Positions 27,315-37,934 of a DNA stretch of 64,000 nucleotides are shown here, piece by piece (the first letter of the stretch is position 1; each line of letters begins with the position of its first letter). Below the pieces are notes generated by a model. It was given only the letters and a program-made list of their open reading frames with translations, was not told the DNA's origin and ran no database searches. Origin of the DNA: Haloquadratum walsbyi J07HQW2. Lineage in GTDB: Archaea; Halobacteriota; Halobacteria; Halobacteriales; Haloferacaceae. The stretch covers positions 3,105,862 through 3,169,861 of the forward strand of contig NZ_KE356561.1 in the NCBI RefSeq assembly GCF_000415985.1. Direction: 5' to 3'. The position numbers and the translations under genes are program-made.

Positions 27315-28454
27315 ATGACAGAACCTGCTGAAATCCGCACGGCTGTGCCAGCCTTTGACGACGTGCGTTATATGAATACAGGCGCAAGTGGTCCGAGTCC
27401 ACAGTCAGTCGTCCAGGCAGCACAAAATGCGATTGAAATGCATGAATGGGACGCTGCCGGTGACCCAGGTCCATATCCACATGCGTTCGATCATTATGAT
27501 GATGTTCGTACAACAGTTGCTGATTTTCTTAGCGCATCTCCTGAAGAAATTGCACTAACACAGAGCACAAGTGACGGCATTAATCGGGTCGCTGGAGCAC
27601 TTTCATGGGAGCCTGGAGACGTGATTGTCCGAACAGATCTTGAACATCCTGCAGGTGTTCTGCCGTGGGAACGACTAGAGCGTCGTGGCTGTGAGGTTCG
27701 GGTTGTTCCAACACATGATGGTCGCATTGATCGAGAAGCATACCGAGATGCTGTTTCTGATGCCTCATTTGTCTGTCTCAGCGCATTGACATGGAACTAC
27801 GGAACAATACTTCCAGTAGAGGAGCTTGTCGCAGAAGCACATGATGCTGGTGCTTTTGTTCTCGTTGACGCTGTCCAAATTCCTGGACAGCGTCCATTTG
27901 ATGTGACCGAGTGGGGCGCAGACGCCGTTGCGATGGCAAGTCACAAATGGATGCTCGGATTATGGGGTGCCGGATTTCTATACATCAACGATTCTGTTGT
28001 TTCCGATCTTGATCCAACGGCAATTGGGTATAGAAGTGTTGTTGCTCCTGGAGATGAAGAATCACAGTACGAATTGAAATCCGGTGCAGCACGGTTTGAA
28101 GTAGGAACGACAAATACAGCACCATACACCGCCTTGGAAAGTGCGATTGAGGTCATTGAAGATATTGGAACTGACACAATCGAATCTCATATTAATGTGC
28201 TCGCAACACAGTTGTCTGCGAATATACCATCTGATCGACTTGTGAGCCCATCAGATCCCGAATCTGGACTAGTGACACTCCGCGTTGACGATCCAGAGAC
28301 AGTCGTCGAACAACTGAAGACAAAGCATGATATTGTTGTTCGAACACTCCCTGATCCTGATGATACAATTCGTGCTTCGTTGCATGTGTACAACACTCGT
28401 GAGGATGTTAATGCACTTCTTGCTGGGTTGCAATCAACAGTTGATGGGTGGTAA
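27315..28454 (+). CDS. Class V PLP-dependent aminotransferase (cysteine desulfurase/SufS-like)
   Basis: YMNTGASGP, TQSTSDGIN, DLEHPA, VDAVQ, ASHKWMLG, RFEVGT, IRASLHVYN. Confidence 0.92.
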   Translation: MTEPAEIRTAVPAFDDVRYMNTGASGPSPQSVVQAAQNAIEMHEWDAAGDPGPYPHAFDHYDDVRTTVADFLSASPEEIALTQSTSDGINRVAGALSWEPGDVIVRTDLEHPAGVLPWERLERRGCEVRVVPTHDGRIDREAYRDAVSDASFVCLSALTWNYGTILPVEELVAEAHDAGAFVLVDAVQIPGQRPFDVTEWGADAVAMASHKWMLGLWGAGFLYINDSVVSDLDPTAIGYRSVVAPGDEESQYELKSGAARFEVGTTNTAPYTALESAIEVIEDIGTDTIESHINVLATQLSANIPSDRLVSPSDPESGLVTLRVDDPETVVEQLKTKHDIVVRTLPDPDDTIRASLHVYNTREDVNALLAGLQSTVDGW

Positions 28455-28732
28455 TATCAAATGAATGAGAATTTGAGAGCTGAAGAGGCACGACACGGAA
28501 TATATGTTTAAGAGTAGCATTAGGATCGAATCAATCTTAAAAATTAATTATTTGTCATTAAATAGCGACTCACTCATTGACTCATCGTGAGGTAATCAAT
28601 AAGAGCGGCTTATGATGCATTTATTTCGGTCACTCTTTCGAATCTGCACGGGGCAGATTTGTCACTCAATTGACGATGAGCTATTAACACGTGTTTTATA
28701 CTATTCATATATGATTCTAAATATAATTTCAT

Positions 28733-29671
28733 ATGACGCATGAAGCCCTTGTCGTCGGTGAGACCCTGATCGATTTTATTCCAGATCGCCCGGGACAGCT
28801 CGCAGACGTGGAGTCGTTTTCCCGACGGGCAGGTGGGGCGCCAGCCAATGTGGCAGTCGGTCTAACGCGGCTTAATCGAACACCATGGTTTTGTACCACG
28901 CTTTCCGACGACCCGTTTGGCTCATATCTTGCGGAGGTGCTTACGCGTGAAGGCATTCCAGACAAGCTTATTACAAAGACCCCTCACAGCCAGACGGCAC
29001 TAGCATTTGTCTCACACAGCAGTGATGATGATCGTGAGTTCACATTTTATCGCTCAAATACAGCAGATAGACAGCTTGATACAAGCGTTATCGACGGTGA
29101 TATTCTTGAGTCAATCGAGATTGTCGTTGTGGGGGGCGTCACCCTAACCGTTGAACCAGCTCGATCTGCGACGTTCGACCTCGTTGAGCGAGCCAATGAT
29201 CAGAATTGCTCTGTCTTTTTCGACCCGAACGTCCGCGCTGAGTTGTGGGAGACCTCACCGGCACCCAAGATTGAACGGATGCTCTCTAAGACGGACGTTC
29301 TCAAAGCCACTCACGAAGATCTCGAAGCTGCTGCTCTCTCAACTGCGCCCTCAGATATCCTCGCGACCGGACCGAACACGGTTTTTTTGACTGAGGGTAG
29401 CTCTGGCGCTCATCTGTTCACAGATAACAACTCCCGGTGGACTGCTGGTGAGTGGTTCCATCCCGGGTACGAAATCGAGGATGCCGTTGATGTGACCGGT
29501 GCTGGTGATGCCTTTTCAGCTGGGGCGATTGCAGGGCTTATCGATGACGATGATCCAAATACTGTCCTTGCGTTCGCCAATGCGGTTGCCGCTGCATCGA
29601 TAAAGCGTCGTGGGGCAATGACTGCACTTCCCGACCGACAGCTCGTCGAAACGATACGTGATCAAAAATGA
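28733..29671 (+). CDS. PfkB-family carbohydrate kinase (fructokinase-like)
   Basis: GETLID, GGAPANVA, FDPNVR, DVTGAGDAF. Confidence 0.93.
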   Translation: MTHEALVVGETLIDFIPDRPGQLADVESFSRRAGGAPANVAVGLTRLNRTPWFCTTLSDDPFGSYLAEVLTREGIPDKLITKTPHSQTALAFVSHSSDDDREFTFYRSNTADRQLDTSVIDGDILESIEIVVVGGVTLTVEPARSATFDLVERANDQNCSVFFDPNVRAELWETSPAPKIERMLSKTDVLKATHEDLEAAALSTAPSDILATGPNTVFLTEGSSGAHLFTDNNSRWTAGEWFHPGYEIEDAVDVTGAGDAFSAGAIAGLIDDDDPNTVLAFANAVAAASIKRRGAMTALPDRQLVETIRDQK

Positions 29672-29966
29672 TCCAATCTGAGAGGGGACTCCGAACAGGT
29701 TAATATCCGCAATCGCTCAACGAGTTCCGCCCTAACTATACTGCTGGATAGCGAGTAATTATTGATACGTATATCGATGATTGATGATGACTGAGTCGCT
29801 TCGACATCTTCCAGATCGGTGAAACACCGCTTTCTGATCTATATTGGGAGCAGGAGATATCACTGACTTCGCAATCAAGCGACTGCTGCCGCTGATGAAT
29901 CATAGATTGCGCCTGCGCACTATTCGCCGGTCGAAAACTGGATTGAGGACTGAGCCTGTAATAAAA

Positions 29967-30632
29967 TTAAACGCGCTGTGAAAGCAGCTCTGATAGCAGT
30001 TTCCGCTGTGCAACAGCAAGATGTTCTGTGAATGTTGAGAGACCAATGTTGAGTTCATCAGCAACAGTTGTTGCATTGGAGTCGCGGGGATATTGAAAAT
30101 ATCCCATACTGTAGGCAGTCTGTAGGACTTCTTGTTGTCTGTCGGTCAACGCACCGCGGTCAACAAGTGCTCGATCAGGTTCATCTGAGCCACCGCTCGC
30201 GTCCGCATGAACAAGATATCGAAGCTCGACTCGCTCTGCTGCATCATCAAGCCTATCGACAATTGTTCGAAGTTTATCTACGCTTTCAAGATGAAGTGTA
30301 AAATGAAGGGTGCCAGAGCGAGCGCGAACATCAGCAACAGGAGCGCCTACTGATTCGACAACTTCGCAGGCACATGCTTCCTCATGATTGCGTTTGAATC
30401 GGTATACACGTTCATCGCCGACATCAACTACCGGTTCAGCACACTCAAAGTCTGATTCGACGGCAGAACTGACATCCTGGGAGACACGAAACTCCTCGGT
30501 AACACCCTCATCTGTGCCCTGTCCTGCCCAGTTTATATCTGTCACAGACTCTCCCTCCGCTTCTGAAATCGTTGACACCGGACAGCTCGTGGGCTCATGA
30601 ACGGCTAATTCAGTTCGGATACCGTCTGGCAT
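29967..30632 (-). CDS. DmsR-like HTH_10 transcriptional regulator with Cys-containing N-terminal domain
   Basis: SCPV and ACACEVVE N-terminal motifs; LTDRQQEVLQTAYSMGYFQYPR...A.EL.I..STFTEHL..AQRK. Confidence 0.9.
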   Translation of the reverse strand: MPDGIRTELAVHEPTSCPVSTISEAEGESVTDINWAGQGTDEGVTEEFRVSQDVSSAVESDFECAEPVVDVGDERVYRFKRNHEEACACEVVESVGAPVADVRARSGTLHFTLHLESVDKLRTIVDRLDDAAERVELRYLVHADASGGSDEPDRALVDRGALTDRQQEVLQTAYSMGYFQYPRDSNATTVADELNIGLSTFTEHLAVAQRKLLSELLSQRV

Positions 30633-30794
30633 AATTTAATCATACAAATCAAAAAAGAAAAATGTATCTTATATACTGACGCACGACGTTGCTGGTATCG
30701 CACGCTGGTCATTCGGGGTGTATAGTGTATATAACTCAGTGAATGATGAGACTGGATGCATAAACACTATTGTATATCTGCCTTTAGAAGCTGT

Positions 30795-30834
30795 CACGGC
30801 GGATGCCACGGGGCTTGACCCCGAGGCGGTTCAC
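30795..30834 (+). mobile_element. Short IS200/IS605-derived hairpin element (PATE/SMR-like)
   Basis: CACGGCGGATGCCACGGGG-CTTGA-CCCCGAGGCGGTTCAC; same family as 27233. Confidence 0.72.
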
Positions 30835-30991
30835 CCCAGATTGCTTTGGTTCGAATGAGGCTAATATGATTTTACTGTATATCTACATCTGAAATAAAAA
30901 CCCGGCAAATATGTTTTTTTGAGTCTGTGATAATTAAAACACCCTCAAAATTCGGGCTGACGCATCAATCGATCCAGTAATATAATACTAC

Positions 30992-32050
30992 ATGATGAGT
31001 TCCATCCGGAGCCAGTTGGCGGTGAGTGCTGAGCCGACAATAATGATGATTTCGCGAGCCGCACTGATTGGGCTAATCATACTCTTCACTGGTGTCCGCC
31101 TTGCTGGTATCACAGTCACGCTCCAAACACAAGCAGCAATTTATTTGCTTGGAATGGTTGCATTGAATCTTCCACACGGTGGTTATGAACATTTTGCAAA
31201 TCTCCGACGTCGAGCCATGCGATTTCGAGGAAAGTATATCGCCGGCTATATTCTCATGGCAGTGATGTATATCGGTGCTTTCATTCTTGCGCCTATTGTT
31301 GGACTTGCGATTGCAATCGCGATTGCTGTTGCGAAGGGTGGCGGTGGTGATCTATATGCCTTACAGATAACATCAGGGACAGACCATATCCAATCACGAG
31401 CACATCAATTACTTGCGGTTGCTGCTCGTGGTGGTGCGGTGATGGCTGTTCCAATTGTCGCTTTCCCTGAAACATTCCATACATTCAGTTCACTAATGAT
31501 TGGAATGGTTGATCCTGGTGGACTCACCGGTATTGCCCGTTATTTTGACGTTACTCGTATACTCATCGGAGTTGGCTATGCTATGGTGGTCATTGGGCAT
31601 CTTGGAGTTGGGTATATGCATCGCCCAGCCGATGGAATTGGGTGGATAGTTGATGCTGCTGAGACGATATTACTTATCGGGTATTTCGTGGCTGTCCCCG
31701 TTGTTGTTGCTGTTGGGCTGTACTTTCCACTATGGTACTCAATACGACAGGTTGCACGTGAAATCAATGTTGAAACCGCTACATCACGGGGCTCAGACCT
31801 TCTTGGTGGAACTGATGCATCGACAGGGACAGTTGCACTCCGTGCATGGGGTATTTTGATCGCTGGTGCACTAGCAACCGCGATTGTTGCTGTCGGATTC
31901 TGGCTGGCTGTCCCAAACCCAGTCCCGAGTGAATCAACCTACTTTGGATTGGTTGCCTTTTGGAGTGTGTTCATTAGCGTCATTGCACTACCACACGTGC
32001 TTATCGGCAATGTGTTAGATCGTCAACGCGGTATCTGGCACGTGCCATAG
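30992..32050 (+). CDS. brp: Brp/Blh-family beta-carotene 15,15'-dioxygenase
   Basis: NLPHGGYEH, conserved His positions, YFPLWYSIRQVAR, ALPHV; multi-TM. The brp versus blh subtype was not resolved. Confidence 0.88.
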   Translation: MMSSIRSQLAVSAEPTIMMISRAALIGLIILFTGVRLAGITVTLQTQAAIYLLGMVALNLPHGGYEHFANLRRRAMRFRGKYIAGYILMAVMYIGAFILAPIVGLAIAIAIAVAKGGGGDLYALQITSGTDHIQSRAHQLLAVAARGGAVMAVPIVAFPETFHTFSSLMIGMVDPGGLTGIARYFDVTRILIGVGYAMVVIGHLGVGYMHRPADGIGWIVDAAETILLIGYFVAVPVVVAVGLYFPLWYSIRQVAREINVETATSRGSDLLGGTDASTGTVALRAWGILIAGALATAIVAVGFWLAVPNPVPSESTYFGLVAFWSVFISVIALPHVLIGNVLDRQRGIWHVP

Positions 32051-32235
32051 GTACTCTCTCAGTGGTAACAATGTTGACCGGCGATTACAAAATTAGCATT
32101 ATCTGAAAGTAATATGGCAATCCATAGTGAGCGATGTGGTCATGAGGCGGTTCACTCGGGGTATCATTCTGGTCAACAATACGCGGTTCTCCAATATATC
32201 ATTCCCAACCCCATGGTGCTTAGAAAACTCAGCGG

Positions 32236-32526
32236 TTAATCATCTTTAGTTGTTGACTCATCAACCCGGCCATCAGCATGTACTGACTCTGTCGTGTCTA
32301 TATTATCACCGTTATTATTCATTTCCGTAATTGGCTCTTGCTGACGCTGTCGAGCAGTTATATCACCGTTTGCATTATTTTCTGTGTTAGCTATTCCGGC
32401 TCGTCCAAGATAAAGCAACACTAAATAGCCGATAACACCCGCAAAAAAGAAACCAACTGGGATAATAAATGGACCTCCGATCTCAAGTATCATCTGCCAG
32501 ATATCAATAAGCGATTGTACAACCAT
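32236..32526 (-). CDS. Small membrane protein
   Basis: Single hydrophobic segment (GPFIIPVGFFFAGVIGYLVLLYL) and an acidic tail. Confidence 0.65.
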   Translation of the reverse strand: MVVQSLIDIWQMILEIGGPFIIPVGFFFAGVIGYLVLLYLGRAGIANTENNANGDITARQRQQEPITEMNNNGDNIDTTESVHADGRVDESTTKDD

Positions 32527-32642
32527 ACAGACTTCTCACACTCGATGGTGTTAATTATCAGCCGTCAGATTACATTTATTACATATTACTCTGATGTAAC
32601 GACGCAACTATTATATATTATCTTCGCATTAAATTATGTGCA

Positions 32643-32837
32643 ATGGCGAAAGGCACGGTCGCGTTCTTTAATGACACAGGCGGATACGGTTTCATCGAAA
32701 GTGAAGACTCTGAGGAAGACGTTTTCTTCCATATGGAAGATGTCGGCGGTCCAGATCTCGAGGAGGATCAAGAAGTCGAGTTCGATATCGAACAGGCTGA
32801 TAAAGGTCCCCGTGCGACGAATCTCCAGCGACTGTAA
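32643..32837 (+). CDS. cspA: Cold-shock protein
   Basis: GTVAFFNDTGGYGFI (RNP1), DVFFH (RNP2), KGPRA. Confidence 0.97.
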   Translation: MAKGTVAFFNDTGGYGFIESEDSEEDVFFHMEDVGGPDLEEDQEVEFDIEQADKGPRATNLQRL

Positions 32838-32992
32838 GAACGCATTTCAATAGTTACGTTAGCCGTATTGCGGTCGACATCCTGTCGATTCTCATTATGA
32901 TCTCCGTATTTCTGATCAAACTGAGCATACATGCTCACAGTTAACAGTTCAATCTCAACTGATTCTGGATACGTTATCCAAATTGGAGGGTA

Positions 32993-33343
32993 ATATCCCT
33001 TCCTCAAGGAGTGACCACAGAGAACGAGTAGGGAGCGGATACGCCCGACACCACAAACGACAAATTACAAAATAGCAGGTAACACATTGTTCAATGTAGA
33101 AATAATTCAACCCACTAAACTAGACGGCAACAACGCCCGTTCTTGTTGTTTCGTCACTGTTTAGACAGGGAAGCTCAGCCTCTCGAACAAGATGTTTGAG
33201 AAAGAGAGTCTAGAGCGGGGTCGTGGACACCCCATGGTGAATAAGTCTCTCTAAGGTATAGTCGGAATTTGAAGGAATCTTTGTTGGAAGCTCTTGTCCT
33301 CAACGAAGCCATCTCTGACGAGTGAGTAGGTCGGAGTTGTTCA
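32993..33343 (+). mobile_element. Non-autonomous IS200/IS605 derivative (~350 bp)
   Basis: The left motif TCCCTTCCTCAAG...TAGGGAG...CCCGACA is shared with 44885-44925. The right motif GAAGC...CCTCAACGA...GAGTAGG.CGGAGTTGTTCA resembles 46339-46399. No ORF. Confidence 0.65.
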
Positions 33344-34294
33344 GTGAAATCCCATCGCTTCAATCTGCTCTTGATATCGGTTCCGAATGGTCACCTCGGT
33401 CACCTGGGCAACATCGGCGACTTCGCGTTGTGTCTTCTTTTCATTACATAATAACGAGGCAGCATAGATAGCAGCCGCAGCAAATCCGGTCGGGGATTTT
33501 CCTGAGAGCAGCCCTTGCTCAGCAGAGACATCGATAATCTCAGTTGCTTTAGATTGCACTTCTTCAGATAGGTGAAGTGAGGAAGAGAATCGAGGGACAA
33601 ATTCTTTCGGGTCAACAGGCCGTAGTTCGAGTCCAAGTTCTTGAGAAATGTATCGATATGTCCGTCCAATCTCTTTCTGTGGGACTCGAGAGACTTCCGC
33701 GACCTCATCAAGTGAACGCGGGATTCCCTCCCGTCGACATGCAGCATACAGTGCAGAGGTGGCAACACCTTCAATTGACCGTCCTCGAATTAGATCTTCA
33801 CTCAATGCACGACGATATATAACGGATGCAACCTCACGGATTGATCGGGGGACACCAATCGCAGACGCCATACGATCAACCTCTGAAAGTGCAAACTGAA
33901 GATTGCGCTCACCAGCATCTTTTGTTCGAATTCGTTCCTGCCACTTACGTAATCGGTGCATCTGTGAACGCTTTTCTGAGGATAGCGATCGCCCGTATGC
34001 ATCCTTATCCTTCCAGTCAATGGTCGTTGTTAATCCACGGTCGTGCATCGTCTCGGTGATTGGTGCACCAACGCGGGACTTTGACTGCCGCTCAGAATGA
34101 TTGAACGCTCGCCACTCGGGACCTCTGTCGATCTGTCGTTCGTCCAAGACCAACCCACAATCATTACATACTAACTCACCTTGGTCAGCATCAGTAACGA
34201 CATCTCCTGATTCACATTCAGGACATGTGAGCCGTTCATCCGACGTCTGCTCTGTTTCTTCCTCGCGCTGACGTTGGCGACTCGGACGCTCCAT
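33341..34294 (-). CDS. tfb: Transcription initiation factor IIB (TFB)
   Basis: CPEC...C.DCG zinc ribbon, [23 protein letters not shown], two cyclin repeats, [10 protein letters not shown]; start set at MERPS (34294). Confidence 0.97.
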   Translation of the reverse strand: MERPSRQRQREEETEQTSDERLTCPECESGDVVTDADQGELVCNDCGLVLDERQIDRGPEWRAFNHSERQSKSRVGAPITETMHDRGLTTTIDWKDKDAYGRSLSSEKRSQMHRLRKWQERIRTKDAGERNLQFALSEVDRMASAIGVPRSIREVASVIYRRALSEDLIRGRSIEGVATSALYAACRREGIPRSLDEVAEVSRVPQKEIGRTYRYISQELGLELRPVDPKEFVPRFSSSLHLSEEVQSKATEIIDVSAEQGLLSGKSPTGFAAAAIYAASLLCNEKKTQREVADVAQVTEVTIRNRYQEQIEAMGFH

Positions 34295-34495
34295 ATAAAC
34301 GTTGTGGTGAAGGGGTGATTTAAATCTTCGCGATATAGTCACAACGTGCTATATCCCGCGGCATACATGGGAACAAAATATGAATGGCACAGTCGGTATG
34401 ACAGCACCTTGCTGGCAAATGGTTTTGTTGTCTGCTGTGAACTATTGTATATGCATTCACATCGACTAAATTATTATCTTAAAGAGCGGATGTAA

Positions 34496-35155
34496 ATGTC
34501 AACAAAGGCTAGTCTCGAAACGGAGTTAGCAGTCGTTGCGGGATTTGAATCTCCACAAGTTGAGCTCGAACAGTACCCGACACCACCAGAGATTGCTGCG
34601 CATGTTATCCATATTGCTGACCTCCATGACGACATCATTGATCGGACTGTGATCGATCTCGGCACTGGAACCGGAATGTTGGCTCTCGGTGCAGCATTCC
34701 GAGGTCCTGACCAGATTATCGGCATTGACCTGGATCGATCAGCACTTCAGATAGCAAAAATGAATCAATCCCGCGTTGGCACAACAGCCACCATTGAGTG
34801 GATTTTGGCGGATGCAACACAACCACCTCTGTGTCCACATCCACAGACAACTCACGACAGTGAATCAATAACTGTTGTAATGAACCCACCATTTGGTGCT
34901 CAGCACGGACAGAAACACACTGATCGAGCGTTTCTCACAACAGCGGCACAGGTTGCAGATGTGTCATATTCAATTCACAACAGTGGGTCGCAGTCGTTTA
35001 TTGAATCATTTGTCGCCGATGGTGGTGGGGATATAACACATGCATTTGAGGCATCATTTAGTCTTGATCGCCAATTTGAGTTCCATGACACTGAGTCGAC
35101 TCATATTGACACGGAAGTGTATCGCATCGTCTGGAATAATAATATGCATGAGTGA
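34496..35155 (+). CDS. METTL5-family SAM-dependent methyltransferase
   Basis: LEQYPTP, DLGTGTGML, NPPFG, YSIHN. Confidence 0.92.
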   Translation: MSTKASLETELAVVAGFESPQVELEQYPTPPEIAAHVIHIADLHDDIIDRTVIDLGTGTGMLALGAAFRGPDQIIGIDLDRSALQIAKMNQSRVGTTATIEWILADATQPPLCPHPQTTHDSESITVVMNPPFGAQHGQKHTDRAFLTTAAQVADVSYSIHNSGSQSFIESFVADGGGDITHAFEASFSLDRQFEFHDTESTHIDTEVYRIVWNNNMHE

Positions 35156-35203
35156 TCATCTACTGATCGCATTTGCAGTATATTGATCTACACTCGATCG
35201 AAA

Positions 35204-37006
35204 TTAATTATATGTTTCTGCTTCGAACACTGCAATCCGAGTCTGATCATACGAGACATAGATTGTCTCTGATACCCGTTCGAACTGCAACCCGCTAATA
35301 TTAACTGAGTTATTTGCTGTTGGGAGTGGTGCCGTCTGTGTTTGATTTGACCCATTCACTCGCAGTTCATATGTGGATTTTTGTGGCACAATCGTGACGG
35401 TTTTATTCGCAAGTCGTGGTGTTGCAGTAACTGGGTCTGAAAGGTATAGAACGGTCTGATTTTCCAGTTTATTGGTATCAGTATTACTATTACTAGTAAC
35501 ATCATCACTCGCGGTTGGGCTCCCGATTGATGCATTGACTCGATATGCAGTCCCATTTCCACCTGCTGTCCAGCCGTTTCGACTGATATGCACTGGTGTT
35601 CGCCAGCCTAGTCCACCAATTGAGACAGTTGACTGTCCAGTGAATGCTAATCGCCCGGCTGACACTGCTGTTGTCCAGATATCACGATCAGCACTTTGCA
35701 CAATCACTCCTGAGGTGGTGACTGTCGTCGTCTCACCGAAAGCCGTCAAATCAAACGCAGAGACAAGCCCATTTTCAACTCCCTCAGCGTATGTCAATTC
35801 ATAATCCTCAACGACCACTGCATCCCCCGGTAGTGACTCATTATTAGTTGTATACAGATTGTATGGAATCGCCGGTCCGGCAATCGCAGCGGTTGTAATT
35901 AAAAGAATTCCAGCAGCCACTTGCCATCTTCCGTTGCGGCTATTGTCTTTATTATCCTGAGAAAGTGAGATCCGGCTCTCTGCACCTACACCTGTGCTTC
36001 CGTCTGTATTTTTATTTGCGTCTACATCTGTGTTTGTCGTTATACTCGTAATGACAGCGACTGTGACAACAACTGCAAGTATGACCACAAGCGCCACACC
36101 AACTGCTCGATAGAGGACGTACGTATCCCCGCCTCGATACCAATATACCGCCCACAGCGACTGTTGGATCCCAACAAGCACAACACCAACCCAGAGTCGG
36201 AGTGCGCCTGGACCCGACTGTTCAACTGGTTGTCGAGAACGAACAAGTGCAAGCGCAAGCAGCACACCCATGAGTAACCCAAGTGCGTGTCCTTGAATGG
36301 CGATATCAGCCCACCACGGTGAGAGATATGCTGATCGACCACCAGCAGTAAGCGTTGGTGATTGCACGGCAGTGACGAATACTCGCAGTGCATCAGCACC
36401 TATCAATGCCAGTGCTGTCCCAAGTGGATATATAATTACTGCAAACCCGACGAACGCAAATACAACCCCTGAAAATCCAATAACCGGACCAAGTCCAAAG
36501 AATGTTCCAACGATTCCAACGATCGCAGCAGTGCCCGGCACGGCGAGCATGCGGGCGTATGGATTCGTCCTTAGCGAGGTTGATGATGACTGTGCTTCGC
36601 GCATATTTGGGAAGTGACCCCATGCGTACTCGGCAAGTGGCGCAACAGCAAGCGTCCCAAAGAGATTTCCAAGTAAATGTCCGGGTCCGTTATGTGTGAA
36701 CGCTGCTGTCAGCATTCCAAGTGGATAAAAATACGACCACGCACGAAATGGAATCGTAATCGGACGACGCCAATGTGTTAATCCATCCTGAAGGAACAGA
36801 TAGACAAAAATGACGAAAATAACTGTAAGGACTGTTCCCCATGGGATCCCCATCATAAATCGATCTTGGAGATCGATGCCATCATGATCGTAATCTGCCT
36901 GCGCTCGTCCCAGCCAAACAATAGTGAGTATGGCTACGGCTGCAACAGCAATAACAACGACACGTTGCAGCGTCGAGGGCGATAAGAAGGCTATTTCATA
37001 CACCAC
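35204..37006 (-). CDS. Rhomboid-family intramembrane serine protease with C-terminal extracytoplasmic domain
   Basis: H.GPGHLLGN, IGFSG (catalytic Ser), AIQGHALG (catalytic His); many TM segments. Confidence 0.88.
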   Translation of the reverse strand: MVYEIAFLSPSTLQRVVVIAVAAVAILTIVWLGRAQADYDHDGIDLQDRFMMGIPWGTVLTVIFVIFVYLFLQDGLTHWRRPITIPFRAWSYFYPLGMLTAAFTHNGPGHLLGNLFGTLAVAPLAEYAWGHFPNMREAQSSSTSLRTNPYARMLAVPGTAAIVGIVGTFFGLGPVIGFSGVVFAFVGFAVIIYPLGTALALIGADALRVFVTAVQSPTLTAGGRSAYLSPWWADIAIQGHALGLLMGVLLALALVRSRQPVEQSGPGALRLWVGVVLVGIQQSLWAVYWYRGGDTYVLYRAVGVALVVILAVVVTVAVITSITTNTDVDANKNTDGSTGVGAESRISLSQDNKDNSRNGRWQVAAGILLITTAAIAGPAIPYNLYTTNNESLPGDAVVVEDYELTYAEGVENGLVSAFDLTAFGETTTVTTSGVIVQSADRDIWTTAVSAGRLAFTGQSTVSIGGLGWRTPVHISRNGWTAGGNGTAYRVNASIGSPTASDDVTSNSNTDTNKLENQTVLYLSDPVTATPRLANKTVTIVPQKSTYELRVNGSNQTQTAPLPTANNSVNISGLQFERVSETIYVSYDQTRIAVFEAETYN

Positions 37007-37039
37007 GACTACATTTTTTAGCTGTCAAACGGTTGTAAT

Positions 37040-37318
37040 TCAGAGTTTTCCTTCTGCATCCTCTGCTAACTCCTTCATCCGTTTTCCAACACGACCAGCG
37101 TTGGAGAACTCATCCTCGCTCATGACTGTTGCGAGGGCATTCCCAAGAACAAACACCGCATGTTTATGTTCGCTTTTTGACTTATGTACATGTGATGGAT
37201 TGACATCGAGATTATCATATGGCTCGAAAAGATTGTCATCAACACTTTCACGCGCTGCGAAATTTTGCTTAATCGTCACCATCTGTTCATGTAACTCTAG
37301 CAGTTCATCCTTGTGCAT
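37040..37318 (-). CDS. UPF0058-family protein
   Basis: MHKDELLELH...P.HVHKSKSEHKHAVFVLG. Confidence 0.9.
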   Translation of the reverse strand: MHKDELLELHEQMVTIKQNFAARESVDDNLFEPYDNLDVNPSHVHKSKSEHKHAVFVLGNALATVMSEDEFSNAGRVGKRMKELAEDAEGKL

Positions 37319-37375
37319 ACTTCAAGATACAACAGAGCGAAGGTTAAGCGTTGTTGGTGGTCTGTGACACACTTA

Positions 37376-37585
37376 TCAGAAAACGTACTCGTCTTCGTGA
37401 CCCATCATACCGTCATCTTCAAATCGATCCTCATCATCCATCGGTCCACTCGTTTTAAACGCTCGAATACCAGTCGAAAGGAGTTCCTCAATTGCTTCTT
37501 CGCGGTCGACAAACTCGCCTTTATCAACAAGTTGTGCGATCTGTGTTTCGAGGTGTTCGGGGACGTTAATATCTACATTTGGCAT
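37376..37585 (-). CDS. Small ribbon-helix-helix protein
   Basis: MPNVDINVPEHLETQIAQLVDKGEFVDREEAIEELL; adjacent to the UPF0058 gene. Confidence 0.82.
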   Translation of the reverse strand: MPNVDINVPEHLETQIAQLVDKGEFVDREEAIEELLSTGIRAFKTSGPMDDEDRFEDDGMMGHEDEYVF

Positions 37586-37934
37586 CTTAGTATCCGGGTG
37601 TTTGAATCGTTTTTATTTAAACCCTACGCCAGTGATTTCTGATTTAGAAACTTTTCGTTTGCAATAAAAAATATATAAATCTATATTCTAGTATAATAAT
37701 TAGTGAAACCAATAGTGAACCGTGGAGACGTAAGAAGTTACTCAGTGAGGACTCGTCCAGTAATATGAGTTATTTTCATCCAGTGTAATAATTCCTCTGT
37801 CGATCCTATCTCATTATCTGATTAAAGAGCAGAGAATGTATTAATATTATATTTCGGACAGATAACGATAGTAGATAGTAACGTGTTGTATGGTTACGAT
37901 AGTCAAATAAAAGAGGATGAAAGCCCCATTACAT

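Noticed and set aside
32144-32160. GAGGCGGTTCAC resembling a hairpin-element terminus
   Set aside because: Only the last 12 nt match and no stem is present; too short to call.
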